Positions 1-7,904 of a DNA stretch of 32,000 nt are shown here, one piece after another. The stretch comes from Candidatus Nitrosopumilus koreensis AR1. Lineage in GTDB: Archaea; Thermoproteota; Nitrososphaeria; Nitrososphaerales; Nitrosopumilaceae. A model generated the notes under the pieces. The model did no database searches and had not been told where the DNA came from. It saw only the letters and a list, made by a program, of their open reading frames with translations. Numbering within the stretch: the stretch's first letter is position 1; each line of letters opens with the position of its first letter. The translations under genes and the position numbers were made by a program. The stretch is from assembly GCF_000299365.1 (NCBI RefSeq), contig NC_018655.1:690001-722000 (forward strand), written 5' to 3'.

Positions 1-1
1 C

Positions 2-496
2 AACAATCTTTGCACTTGGATAGAAAGACCTTCTGGATTAAACACTATGTTGTCTGGAGACGAATTAAAATTCTACAAGCAAAAACTAGCAAAGGATAAA
101 GATGAATCAAAATCTTGTCCTGATGGACAAAATTACAACGAAATCCTGTTCAAATGTGTGGTTTCTTGTGAAGATGATCTAGTTTACAATGGTTATACTG
201 ATTCATGTACTACTGAATTTGAATTAAAGTATCATGGATTCTGTGATGATGAGTTTACATATGATCCGTTATCTCATATCTGTTATTCTGATGATGGTAC
301 TTTGCAGACTCCTCTAAAGGATCCGCCAAGAACTGCTCCTCCAGAACCTGAATGTTCAATTCAATGCTTAGTTTATGATCCTGTTTGCGGAGTAGATGGA
401 ATTACTTATGCTTGTGGGATAGAAGATGCTGCATGTCATGGAGTTAAAGTCAAACATGATGGAGAATGTTCAGATTCAAAATTAGGCACAGAATAA
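2..496 (+). CDS. Cysteine-rich, probably secreted protein with a C-terminal Kazal-like domain; likely 5'-truncated by the window edge
   Basis: The frame is open from position 2, with no in-frame stop before the first ATG at 47. The in-window N-terminus has no signal peptide although the protein is Cys-rich. The C-terminus CSIQCLVYDPVCGVDGITYACGIEDAACHGVKVKHDGEC carries six Cys and the PVCG-x-DG-x-TY core of Kazal-type domains. Cys spacing after TY is non-canonical. Confidence 0.55.
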   Translation, partial: NNLCTWIERPSGLNTMLSGDELKFYKQKLAKDKDESKSCPDGQNYNEILFKCVVSCEDDLVYNGYTDSCTTEFELKYHGFCDDEFTYDPLSHICYSDDGTLQTPLKDPPRTAPPEPECSIQCLVYDPVCGVDGITYACGIEDAACHGVKVKHDGECSDSKLGTE

Positions 497-934
497 GTCT
501 AGTTGTTTAATTTGCGTCCATTTCTATCCCCAATTTGGTAGTTAAGTCCCCGTGGGGTTGAATCTCAAATTACTTTTACAACATATTGTTAACAAAAAAA
601 TAATTATTTAAAATGGAATGTCAATAAGCGCATTTGAATTTGCATTGCACTGTATACTGATAGATTAAGTACGAATTCTAAAATCACAAAATCATGGAAC
701 CTGTAAAAGTAAAGTTTGACTGGGATAAACCATCACTAATTGAAAACAACGGTCACAATCAAGGTGAATGGGGACAAAAACCAAAAACCAGAATAACTGC
801 ATACAAAATGAGTTGGGAATAGATATCATTTTAGATGATTCTCTGTTCATGAAATAGAGGGTAACTGGGCAAGTTTTCTAAAAAATGAATGTCTGTGTAA
901 ACGGATATTAGAAATAAAACAACAATACAAATGC

Positions 935-1906
935 GTGAATAAAACATCCTCTATTGCAGTTTTTGCTGCAGTTGTTATCTGCATTGCAGCTATAGTCGCT
1001 GTGACCCTATTTTCTGATACTTTTGTGGCTACAAATGCCGCTGATACCGTATTCTTTACGCTGCAAGGTGATGATTCTATAGGTAACCTTGATGGCAAGA
1101 CATTCCAAGCAGGACCCAAGATGACGTATGTCTCCATTTCACAGGATGGGAATCTAATCCTGGCCACAAGTAGTGGAAGTGACACTGTATTTGCATATGA
1201 TTCAGATGGAAACAAGCTAGCAGAGATTCCGGTTGGAAAAACCCCAAAGGGTGTAAAGATTCATCCAACACAGGACCTTGCCTTTGTCGCAAATGAGAAT
1301 TCTGGCACAATCAGTGTCATTGATCTTCAAACCCTAGAATCAATCAAAGATATACCTGTTGGAAAAATTCCTCACAATATTGTTTTTCATCCAAATGGTA
1401 TAACTGCATATGTTACAATTCAAGGCGGTGATGAAGTTGCAATAATTGACATTTCATCATTGACTAAAACAAATGCCATTCCTGTTGGAGCATTGCCTCA
1501 TAATCTGGACATAACTCTTGATGGCAAATTCCTGTTTGTGACCAATATTGGAACAAACGATGTTGCAGTAATTGATTTGAATAGTAATGAAATCATCAAA
1601 AGAATTCCTGTAAGTACAGGACATCATGGAATTGACATCCCTCCTTTTGGCAACAAAATCTTTGTCTCTGGAATAGGTGATGACAAGGTAAATGTGATTG
1701 ATGCATCTTCTCTTGAGTTAATCAAACAAATTCAAGTGGGAAAAGGCCCTCATGGATTAAGATCTGATCAAAATGCAAATTTTGTTTATGTCAGTGTATC
1801 TCAGACAAATGAAATTGTAGTTATTGATGTGAATAGTCTTGAGATATCAGATAGAATATCTCCTGGCAAGACTCCCTTTTGGGTTGCAATTCCAGGGAAC
1901 CCCTAG
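935..1906 (+). CDS. YVTN-family beta-propeller repeat protein with an N-terminal membrane anchor or signal
   Basis: 323-aa ORF with a GTG start. The N-terminus is hydrophobic (SSIAVFAAVVICIAAIVAVTLF). It has ~40-residue repeats such as AFVANENSGTISVIDL, AYVTIQGGDEVAIIDI, LFVTNIGTNDVAVIDL, IFVSGIGDDKVNVIDA and VYVSVSQTNEIVVIDV, each followed by IPVGxxPH. These are typical of YVTN propeller blades. Confidence 0.75.
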   Translation: MNKTSSIAVFAAVVICIAAIVAVTLFSDTFVATNAADTVFFTLQGDDSIGNLDGKTFQAGPKMTYVSISQDGNLILATSSGSDTVFAYDSDGNKLAEIPVGKTPKGVKIHPTQDLAFVANENSGTISVIDLQTLESIKDIPVGKIPHNIVFHPNGITAYVTIQGGDEVAIIDISSLTKTNAIPVGALPHNLDITLDGKFLFVTNIGTNDVAVIDLNSNEIIKRIPVSTGHHGIDIPPFGNKIFVSGIGDDKVNVIDASSLELIKQIQVGKGPHGLRSDQNANFVYVSVSQTNEIVVIDVNSLEISDRISPGKTPFWVAIPGNP

Positions 1907-2028
1907 TTTACAATCTTTGTAACGAATTTAACCTAGCCACGATTACATTTACTAAAATATGAAATTCATACTATTACTAGTATGATTGTATAGAAAGATC
2001 TTTTAATTGATTAATTGTGGTTTTTTGC

Positions 2029-2148
2029 ATGATAGATTACTACAAGTATCTAAAATGTCCAAAGTGTAAAGAGTCTGGGCTGTATTGTGCTACTCATAGA
2101 AGAGAAGTAGAAGAGATGCTTGAGAAAGAAGAACAGATTAGCTCATAG
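2029..2148 (+). CDS. Small 39-aa ORF with a CxxC...CxxH motif (possible zinc-binding mini-protein); below the ORF-track cutoff
   Basis: Hand translation gives MIDYYKYLKCPKCKESGLYCATHRREVEEMLEKEEQISS, from ATG 2029 to TAG 2146-2148. There is no other support. Confidence 0.25.
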   Translation: MIDYYKYLKCPKCKESGLYCATHRREVEEMLEKEEQISS

Positions 2149-2190
2149 AAGCATTATTTCCAAAATATACTTGTCAGCCTCTAAATTCTT

Positions 2191-2223
2191 TAATAGTTGA
2201 CCTACTAATAATAGGTTGACCTA
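2191..2223 (+). promoter_or_regulatory. Direct repeat TAATAGTTGACCTA / TAATAGGTTGACCTA immediately upstream of the wHTH gene; candidate operator overlapping the promoter
   Basis: The core GTTGACCTA occurs at 2196-2204 and 2215-2223, a 19-bp period. The second copy ends 7 nt before ATG 2230. Confidence 0.4.
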
Positions 2224-2229
2224 GATACA

Positions 2230-2811
2230 ATGAGTCAGTCTGAGCCCAAACTAGAAAGCCACGAGCGTGAACGTGTACTGTTAGAGACTATCAAAGAGAA
2301 TCCAGAGGCACACCATAATGCACTCCTAAAACTAGTCGTTCCAAAATTCATGGCAAAAACCACCTTTGAGAAAACCAGAGACTCTCTAATTGAAAAGGAA
2401 ATCGTCTCTGTGACTATGAAAAGCAACATGAAGTTCTACCATTTGACTGAAGACTATGAACACAAGTCATCTCAGCATATAGAGCAAACAACAAACAGTT
2501 CATTTCATCATGTAAAATCCCTGATCAGAAGATTGGACACGGATTTTCCTCACAAAGACATTGATGAGAAAATCAATTTTACAAACTTGCTTCTAAAAGA
2601 ACTGCTCCAAACAGATAACGGCTTTACAATATTGGATTCTCTCAAAAACCCAAACAAAACACTGTATCGAGACGAACACCTGACCATTCAGCAGCTAATC
2701 TACAAGGTTTTTGAGGCAATCAGAAAAGACAAGGATTCTGAACTGTTGCTTCCAACAATAATTAGCTATTTGGGAGTAGTTGTCCTAAAAGATTCTGTGG
2801 ATAGTCTCTAG
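2230..2811 (+). CDS. Winged-helix DNA-binding protein with a C-terminal helical domain (putative transcription regulator)
   Basis: 193-aa ORF. The N-terminal segment ERERVLLETIKENPEAHHNALLKLVVPKFMAKTTFEKTRDSLIEKEIVSV...KFYHLTE has a wHTH-like pattern. The architecture matches the 7897..8463 ORF. Confidence 0.5.
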   Translation: MSQSEPKLESHERERVLLETIKENPEAHHNALLKLVVPKFMAKTTFEKTRDSLIEKEIVSVTMKSNMKFYHLTEDYEHKSSQHIEQTTNSSFHHVKSLIRRLDTDFPHKDIDEKINFTNLLLKELLQTDNGFTILDSLKNPNKTLYRDEHLTIQQLIYKVFEAIRKDKDSELLLPTIISYLGVVVLKDSVDSL

Positions 2812-2842
2812 TTATTTATTCAGGTTCGATTCAGGATATCTT

Positions 2843-3073
2843 GTGGGATTACTATACACAAAATTTTACATGGATTTTGATGAAAATGACTGGGACCAAA
2901 TATCAAATGACCCCATAATCTTTCAGACCAAAAATGACGATGTATCCCTGGAGATAGAAGATGCATCTCGCAACTTTTACAAACTGCGTTTCAAAAAAGG
3001 CGGCAAACTTCAGATGTTTCGAGTGACTGGAAGATTTCGCCTGACTTGGAATGATGAAGATGTGCTTGACTAA
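2843..3073 (+). CDS. Hypothetical small protein
   Basis: 76-aa ORF from GTG 2843, with an in-frame ATG at 2870. TTATTTAT at 2813-2820 lies ~26 nt upstream of the GTG. A T7 run at 3087-3093 follows the stop. The antisense ORF 2903..3112 has poorer composition. Confidence 0.45.
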   Translation: MGLLYTKFYMDFDENDWDQISNDPIIFQTKNDDVSLEIEDASRNFYKLRFKKGGKLQMFRVTGRFRLTWNDEDVLD

Positions 3074-3105
3074 AAATATAACTGGCTTTTTTTGAAAAAT
3101 ATTCC

Positions 3106-3336
3106 ATGTCATTAGATGAACAAGTTTCTAAAATCTTGGAAAATTTTGAAAACACATCTTCAAGTGAAATTGTTGATGTTTTAAAGCAAATTCAGCCTCA
3201 ATTTAAGAGCAATTTGACATCTGAATACCTTGATGGAAAAATCCAGAAAATTTTAGATGCTGCAGATGAATCTGAAAAAATGAAGCAATGCAAAGCATTG
3301 ACTCCATATCTTGATTGGTATCTGCAAGGATTGTAA
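3106..3336 (+). CDS. Hypothetical small acidic helical protein
   Basis: 76-aa ATG-initiated ORF with no competing ORF. No domain recognised. Confidence 0.45.
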   Translation: MSLDEQVSKILENFENTSSSEIVDVLKQIQPQFKSNLTSEYLDGKIQKILDAADESEKMKQCKALTPYLDWYLQGL

Positions 3337-3338
3337 AA

Positions 3339-3764
3339 TTATTCTGAATACTCTTTTATTTTTGCAATTGCATTCTTGATTATTGGCAAATCATTTTTTG
3401 CCTCTACCATGTCTCCGACCAATTTGACAAAATACTCGTGTCCTGTGTCTTGAGCTTTTTGAATGTCAGACTCGTAGCACATTAGCGCTTTCTCAAAAAA
3501 TGGTACCTCGTCACTTAGTGCTTTTACTTGCTGAATATCATTAATACTGTTTTCAATTTTCTTTACCACTTCATCGATTTTTGGAACTGTTTTCATTGCT
3601 TGTTGATTCAAAACTGATGCAAACATCGCAGCAGAATCTTTTAACTCCGGACTGTTTGCAATGGTTCTTAGTCTTTTTCGATAATGTGTTAATGATTTTA
3701 GGACTATTTCATATCCTCCCCCATCTTTTAGAAATATTGCACCTGTCCATACTTTTTCTGCCAT
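3339..3764 (-). CDS. Hypothetical protein
   Basis: 141-aa ORF with balanced composition. The overlapping + strand ORF 3581..3823 is Leu/Phe-rich, typical of antisense translation. Confidence 0.55.
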   Translation of the reverse strand: MAEKVWTGAIFLKDGGGYEIVLKSLTHYRKRLRTIANSPELKDSAAMFASVLNQQAMKTVPKIDEVVKKIENSINDIQQVKALSDEVPFFEKALMCYESDIQKAQDTGHEYFVKLVGDMVEAKNDLPIIKNAIAKIKEYSE

Positions 3765-3837
3765 TAAAAATTACTAATCTTGGTGCAATAATTAAGTTGC
3801 CACCAGCATATGATCTACTTTGAAAATCAATCACATT

Positions 3838-4062
3838 CTATGGTTCAAAACTTTCTTTGATTGGTGGCTGACTTCTGTTAATAAGATATAGCAAGACTCC
3901 TGCCACTATCACGCCGATTCCAGATAATCCTACAAACGTTCCAATGTTTTTGATCAGTCTTAAGAGAGGCTCTACTTGGCCCAATTCTATTGAATAAAAC
4001 ATGATCAATCCGGCAATAAACATGCCCCCACCTACGATGATCATTAGAATCCCTGGTTTCAT
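3838..4062 (-). CDS. Small two-TM membrane protein
   Basis: 74 aa with two hydrophobic spans: GILMIIVGGGMFIAGLIMFY and IGTFVGLSGIGVIVAGVLLYLI. Confidence 0.55.
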   Translation of the reverse strand: MKPGILMIIVGGGMFIAGLIMFYSIELGQVEPLLRLIKNIGTFVGLSGIGVIVAGVLLYLINRSQPPIKESFEP

Positions 4063-4174
4063 AGTCTGGTGTGGATTTTCTAATTAATAAATCACCTAAA
4101 ATTTATGCATGTGTAAATTTTTTTAAAAAGTTATTTTTACTAGACTAGAACAAAACTAACAAAAGGCGAATGGC

Positions 4175-5622
4175 ATGCAGCAGTTGACTCTATCCCAAAC
4201 AATAGAAAATGTACAAGCCTTAATTGATTCTGGGGATGGGGATCCTGGAAGATTATCCTATATCCTTGAATGTCTGAAAGGCAATCGTCCTTTGTATCAT
4301 TCCGATCAAAATTATTTAGAAAAAAACTAGATTCATCATTTAGTCTTGAAGAAGACAAAGAAGAACCTGAAACTCACAATGATGTTTTGCCAAAAATTCA
4401 AGAACTAATCAATTCTGGAATTGGAGATTCTGGCAGGTTGCAACATATTTTTGATATGATTGCAAGCAACAAAACACTATACCACTCTGATGCATTATAC
4501 TTGGAGGCAAAACTAAACGAGTCTGTTTCTCCAGAACCATCAACACTTCCAAGTGAACCACCTAAACCAAAACCATCAACACTTCCAAAAGAACCACCTA
4601 AACCAGAACCAAAACCATCAGTTAGAGGAAGTCTGCCAAAGGGATGGAATGCAAACAATTCTGTTGAGATTGAACAAATCTCAAAAAACATTCGCGATGA
4701 GGAAGAAAAAATCGAAAAACAAAAACTGCTTTCAAGTGAAATTAATATACATCGTTCAAAATTAGCTCAACTACAGTCTCACAGAAAAGAATACGAGCAA
4801 AAAGTAACTCAGGAAAAAGCAACTCTTGAAGCTCAAATTCAAGAAGAACGACTCAAAATTGAAACCCAAACAAAACTTTCTGAAGAAATCATCTCCCAGA
4901 AAGAAGAGTTGGCAAAAGTGAAAAAAGAACGTACACAAATACTCAAAAATATCGATTCTGAAAAATCAAAAATTTCAAAAGAACTAGCAAAACAAAAAAG
5001 ACAATTGGCCCAAGCCCAATTAGAGCAAGAAAAACTCGAAAAACAGGTTCAAACTGAACAATCACTGCTAGCCAAGATGATTGAAGAGCAAAAATTACGT
5101 CTACTTGAGCAAGCAACCATTGCAAATCAAATCAAGTCAAAACAAAGCGAGTTGGAGCAAACCAAGAAAGATTACGAGTATATTGTTTCCCAGGTAAAAG
5201 AAGAAAAAGCAAAATTTGCAGAATCTGAGAAACTAAAAAATCTGATAAAATCCCAAGAAGAAGATCTAATCAAATCAAAAGAAGCTAGACTCAACCTGAT
5301 AAACACCATATCCAAAGAAAAAGAATTGATTACCAAAAAGACAAACGAGGAAAAAGAACGCCTAAAATCCCAACAAAACATAGCAAAGCAACTCAAAAAA
5401 GAAGAAAAAGACTATGAATCTCTCAAAAAGAAACGTGAAAAAATAGAACAGCAAATCAAATTAAAAAATAAAAAATTAAAAGAAAAACAACAAAAACTAA
5501 AGCAACAAATTTCAGAAAAAAACAAGAAACTAAAGTCTCTTGGTACAAAGACTACAAAATCTACCAAGACTGCCAAAAAATCTACTAAGAAAACTGCAAC
5601 AAAAACTACAAAATCATCTTAG
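4175..5622 (+). CDS. Long coiled-coil protein with a duplicated N-terminal module; reading frame broken in an A7 run
   Basis: ATG 4175 opens MQQLTLSQTIENVQALIDSGDGDPGRLSYILECLKGNRPLYHSDQNYLEKN*, which stops at TAG 4328-4330. The track ORF 4270..5622 continues in the -1 frame. It contains a second copy of the same module: IQELINSGIGDSGRLQHIFDMIASNKTLYHSDALYLEAKL. The break lies in the A run 4320-4326. Downstream come a P/K-rich linker, ~300 aa of K/E/Q coiled coil, and a basic T/K tail. Confidence 0.6.
4537..4608 (+). repeat. 36-bp tandem repeat x2 encoding PSTLP(S/K)EPPKP(K/E)
   Basis: ccatcaacacttccaagtgaaccacctaaaccaaaa (4537-4572) is followed by ccatcaacacttccaaaagaaccacctaaaccagaa (4573-4608), with 3 mismatches. 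It lies inside the coiled-coil gene. Confidence 0.8.
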
Positions 5623-6231
5623 CTTTACTGTGATTTCCTCACCATTTCCTATTGGTGATGTTATGGTTCGAACATTTTGATTTGCATGTATGTGCTGTGA
5701 ATATTTCTTCATCTCCTCTCTGTATTTTTCAGGATATAGCATGTTATCAGTAATAATTACTCCGCCAATTGAGACTAGTGGCAAAATCATATCAAAATAT
5801 TCTATGGCGTTTTCCTTATCTGCATCAATTAATACAAAATCAAAAAAATTCTTGTATTTTTCTTGCAAACTAAGTTTTCTCAATACCTCCATGGCCAAAC
5901 CTTCCTCAATTGTTATGACCTCTGAAACACCTGCTTTTTGAAAATTCTCCTTTGCCCTTTTGATTTTTACTGGATTTTGCTCTATTGTTATGATGCTGCC
6001 TCCATTTTCTATAATGGCTTCTGCACACCATATTGTGGAGTAGCCAACTGACATCCCAACTTCGAGCATGTTTTTGGCATTTTTCATCCTGATTATCATG
6101 TTGAGCAGCTCGCCAGTCTCTTTTGTTATTGCCAGCATTCTCTCATTTGGAGCAACATCGACTTTTCTTGATTTTTCTAATGATGATTGTCTTTCTAGTT
6201 CTTCTAGAACCTCAAACACGGGACTGGTCAT
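5614..6231 (-). CDS. SAM-dependent O-methyltransferase, family 3 (caffeoyl-CoA O-methyltransferase-like)
   Basis: 205 aa. It has the SAM-binding motif LEVGMSVGYSTIWCAEA, then FDFVLIDADKENAIEYFDMILPLVSIGGVIITDNML, characteristic of family-3 O-methyltransferases. Confidence 0.85.
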   Translation of the reverse strand: MTSPVFEVLEELERQSSLEKSRKVDVAPNERMLAITKETGELLNMIIRMKNAKNMLEVGMSVGYSTIWCAEAIIENGGSIITIEQNPVKIKRAKENFQKAGVSEVITIEEGLAMEVLRKLSLQEKYKNFFDFVLIDADKENAIEYFDMILPLVSIGGVIITDNMLYPEKYREEMKKYSQHIHANQNVRTITSPIGNGEEITVKLR

Positions 6232-6299
6232 TTTTTCTATATGTTAAGAAACCCTGTTCATGTATTAGTTATTCTAAGATCGTGCATTATTTTTATTAG

Positions 6300-6307
6300 A
6301 TTATATT
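6300..6307 (+). promoter_or_regulatory. TATA-like box (ATTATATT) for the 6331 gene
   Basis: It is centred ~27 nt upstream of ATG 6331. The divergent methyltransferase gene ends at 6231, so the track start at 6241 would leave no promoter space. Confidence 0.35.
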
Positions 6308-6330
6308 TGCCCGATAATTTTTGCTGTGTA

Positions 6331-6708
6331 ATGGCAGCAAAGAAAGTCGATCTGCTTGAAATTGTTCAAAAAATCATTAACTTGGACTCTAAAATGAGAT
6401 TTGCAGCAATAATTGATTCTAAAGGTGACATTCGAGAGGCAATTATGAAAACAGGCAAGACAAGTCTCAAATCTCAAAAAGAGGAAGAGCATTTTTGCAA
6501 ACAAGTAGCCCAAAGACGTGCCATGAGAAAAGAGTTTGATAGATCACTTGGCAAGGTACGATACGTCCATGTTGAAAGAGAAAAGGTGTCTCAAATGGTA
6601 GTGTATGCAAAAAGAAACATCGTCTACTTCACAATGGAGCCTGAAATGCCAATTAATACAAAGATTAGATTAATCACAAAAATCAAAAAGTTCACAGCAG
6701 ACCTCTAG
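6331..6708 (+). CDS. Hypothetical small protein, possibly Roadblock/LC7-like
   Basis: The track ORF starts at 6241, but the internal ATG 6331 (MAAKKVDLLEIVQKI...) fits the TATA spacing. The RFAAIIDSKGDI segment resembles Roadblock/LC7-type small proteins only weakly. Confidence 0.5.
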   Translation: MAAKKVDLLEIVQKIINLDSKMRFAAIIDSKGDIREAIMKTGKTSLKSQKEEEHFCKQVAQRRAMRKEFDRSLGKVRYVHVEREKVSQMVVYAKRNIVYFTMEPEMPINTKIRLITKIKKFTADL

Positions 6709-6731
6709 CTGTTCTGGTTTCTTCAAGTCTC

Positions 6732-7079
6732 ATGACTTTTCAAAAATATCTTGGCGATTCAAAGATGTTTGAATACGATAAGCATTACAGGGACTGTCAG
6801 CAGCTAGACAAACCATTCATCAAGGCAAAGATAAATCCGCAGCATGGAAACTATTTTGTACAAATTGATTTGATGCCATGTCACTACAAATTCTCAAAAA
6901 ATGATGAGGAGAAAATCAAAAAAACAATAGAGTCTGAAAATGATTTTCTAAAGTCAAATTCTGAGCCACAAATGCAGGGGTTTAGTATTACTTCTGAGCT
7001 TGCATGGTTTGATGGCATTTCAGTCAAACATCTTGATTCTTTTTGCAATTACCTTTATGATTTGACTCAGGATGTCTAA
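6732..7079 (+). CDS. Hypothetical protein
   Basis: 115-aa ATG ORF with no competing ORF and no domain recognised. Confidence 0.5.
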   Translation: MTFQKYLGDSKMFEYDKHYRDCQQLDKPFIKAKINPQHGNYFVQIDLMPCHYKFSKNDEEKIKKTIESENDFLKSNSEPQMQGFSITSELAWFDGISVKHLDSFCNYLYDLTQDV

Positions 7080-7294
7080 AATCTGATCAAATTCTTTAGT
7101 ATCTTATCTATGACTTTGAGTTCCTGCCTTCTTTCTTTGATTGTGGTTTCGTTCCATTTTTTTGCAAACTCTGATTTTTGATCCAGTTTTTCTAGTTCGC
7201 TGATGTATTTTATGAGGTGTATCTTGTATTCGTGTAGCAAATCCAAGTGTTTGTTGTGATTTTTTTCTGTAGGTGTTGGCATCTCATTCCTCAA
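7076..7294 (-). CDS. Small helical protein, member of a three-copy paralogue family
   Basis: 72 aa. The motifs KYISELEKL and QELKVIDKILKNL align with KTISNLKSEM / KDKIRIKEMFPD in 7284..7493 and KTISNQIKSLEK / KELDKIRKMFPD in 12549..12743. Confidence 0.45.
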   Translation of the reverse strand: MRNEMPTPTEKNHNKHLDLLHEYKIHLIKYISELEKLDQKSEFAKKWNETTIKERRQELKVIDKILKNLIRF

Positions 7295-7493
7295 TGTCTG
7301 GAAACATTTCCTTGATTCTTATTTTGTCTTTTTCCATGGCCTCTATTCTTTTTTCAAGATGATTCTTAATAACTGGGTCTTCTTCACCTTTCATCTCACT
7401 TTTGAGATTTGAGATTGTTTTTGTCAATGATCTATAATATGTAATGTGATTTTTCTTTGATTCTTCTGATGTGTCTTCCTTTTTTACATCCAT
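7284..7493 (-). CDS. Small helical protein, paralogue family (C-terminal DKIRxKxMFPD)
   Basis: 69 aa. It overlaps the downstream paralogue by 11 nt. It shares KTISN and DKIR(I)K(E)MFPD with 12549..12743. Confidence 0.5.
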   Translation of the reverse strand: MDVKKEDTSEESKKNHITYYRSLTKTISNLKSEMKGEEDPVIKNHLEKRIEAMEKDKIRIKEMFPDIEE

Positions 7494-7628
7494 AATCTCG
7501 GTCTATTTCTTGCAAGTCAAGTATTTGTTGCTTATCCTTTTCTTACAAATTGAATGCAAAAATCACATGAATTTTGAATTTTTCAGGATGTAATTTACAC
7601 TAATATTGAAATGCTGTTCAGTAATATT

Positions 7629-7904
7629 ATGAAAATTCTTGTAGATGAAAATCTAGATGGAATGGATGAGCGTCTCAAAGCACATGGATATGACGCATAT
7701 AGCGTACGAAAACTGCAAAGAGAAGGAAAAAAGCTTGGTTCTGATTATTCCATAATTAACTATGCCCGAGAAAACGACATGATCATCGTAACCAAAGACA
7801 CTGAATTTCGTAAAGCCAGCGAAGAAAACGACTTTCCTCTGGTACTACTTGATGATGAAGAGATTCTCAAAGTTATTGTAGAAAAACTAAAAAATTTTAG
7901 TTGA
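7629..7904 (+). CDS. PIN-like (DUF5615 / Mut7-C-type) small nuclease-fold protein
   Basis: MKILVDENLDGMDERLKAHGYDAYSV...IINYARENDMIIVTKDTEF matches the MK(F/I)LxDENL...(I/V)(I/V)TxDxDF pattern of DUF5615 PIN-like proteins. ATG 7629 is preferred over the track start at 7611. Confidence 0.55.
   Translation: MKILVDENLDGMDERLKAHGYDAYSVRKLQREGKKLGSDYSIINYARENDMIIVTKDTEFRKASEENDFPLVLLDDEEILKVIVEKLKNFS

Noticed and set aside
540-570. tRNA-like fragment GTCCCCGTGGGGTTGAATCTC downstream of the first gene (possible att-site remnant)
   Set aside because: Only a 4-bp CCCC/GGGG palindrome with a 2-nt loop is present. There is no complementary T-stem, acceptor stem or second copy in the window. The 9-nt match GTGGGGTTG at 12321-12329 is within chance expectation.
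694-822. 42-aa ORF (MEPVKVKFDWDKPSLIENNGHNQGEWGQKPKTRITAYKMSWE) in the 438-bp spacer
   Set aside because: It has no motif, no convincing promoter spacing and no supporting homology, so I cannot defend it as a gene.
4343-4356. Hairpin GTCTT-GAAG-AAGAC as a frameshift stimulator downstream of the 4321-4327 heptamer
   Set aside because: It has only 5 bp (3 of them A-U) and lies 16 nt from the heptamer, outside the usual 5-9 nt spacing. That is too weak to count as evidence.
4140-5396. Antisense and alternative-frame ORFs within the coiled-coil gene (4140..4358, 4398..4691, 4553..4765, 4943..5125, 5172..5396)
   Set aside because: The low-complexity K/E/Q-coding DNA leaves several frames open by chance. 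The repeat-module evidence supports only the + strand gene.
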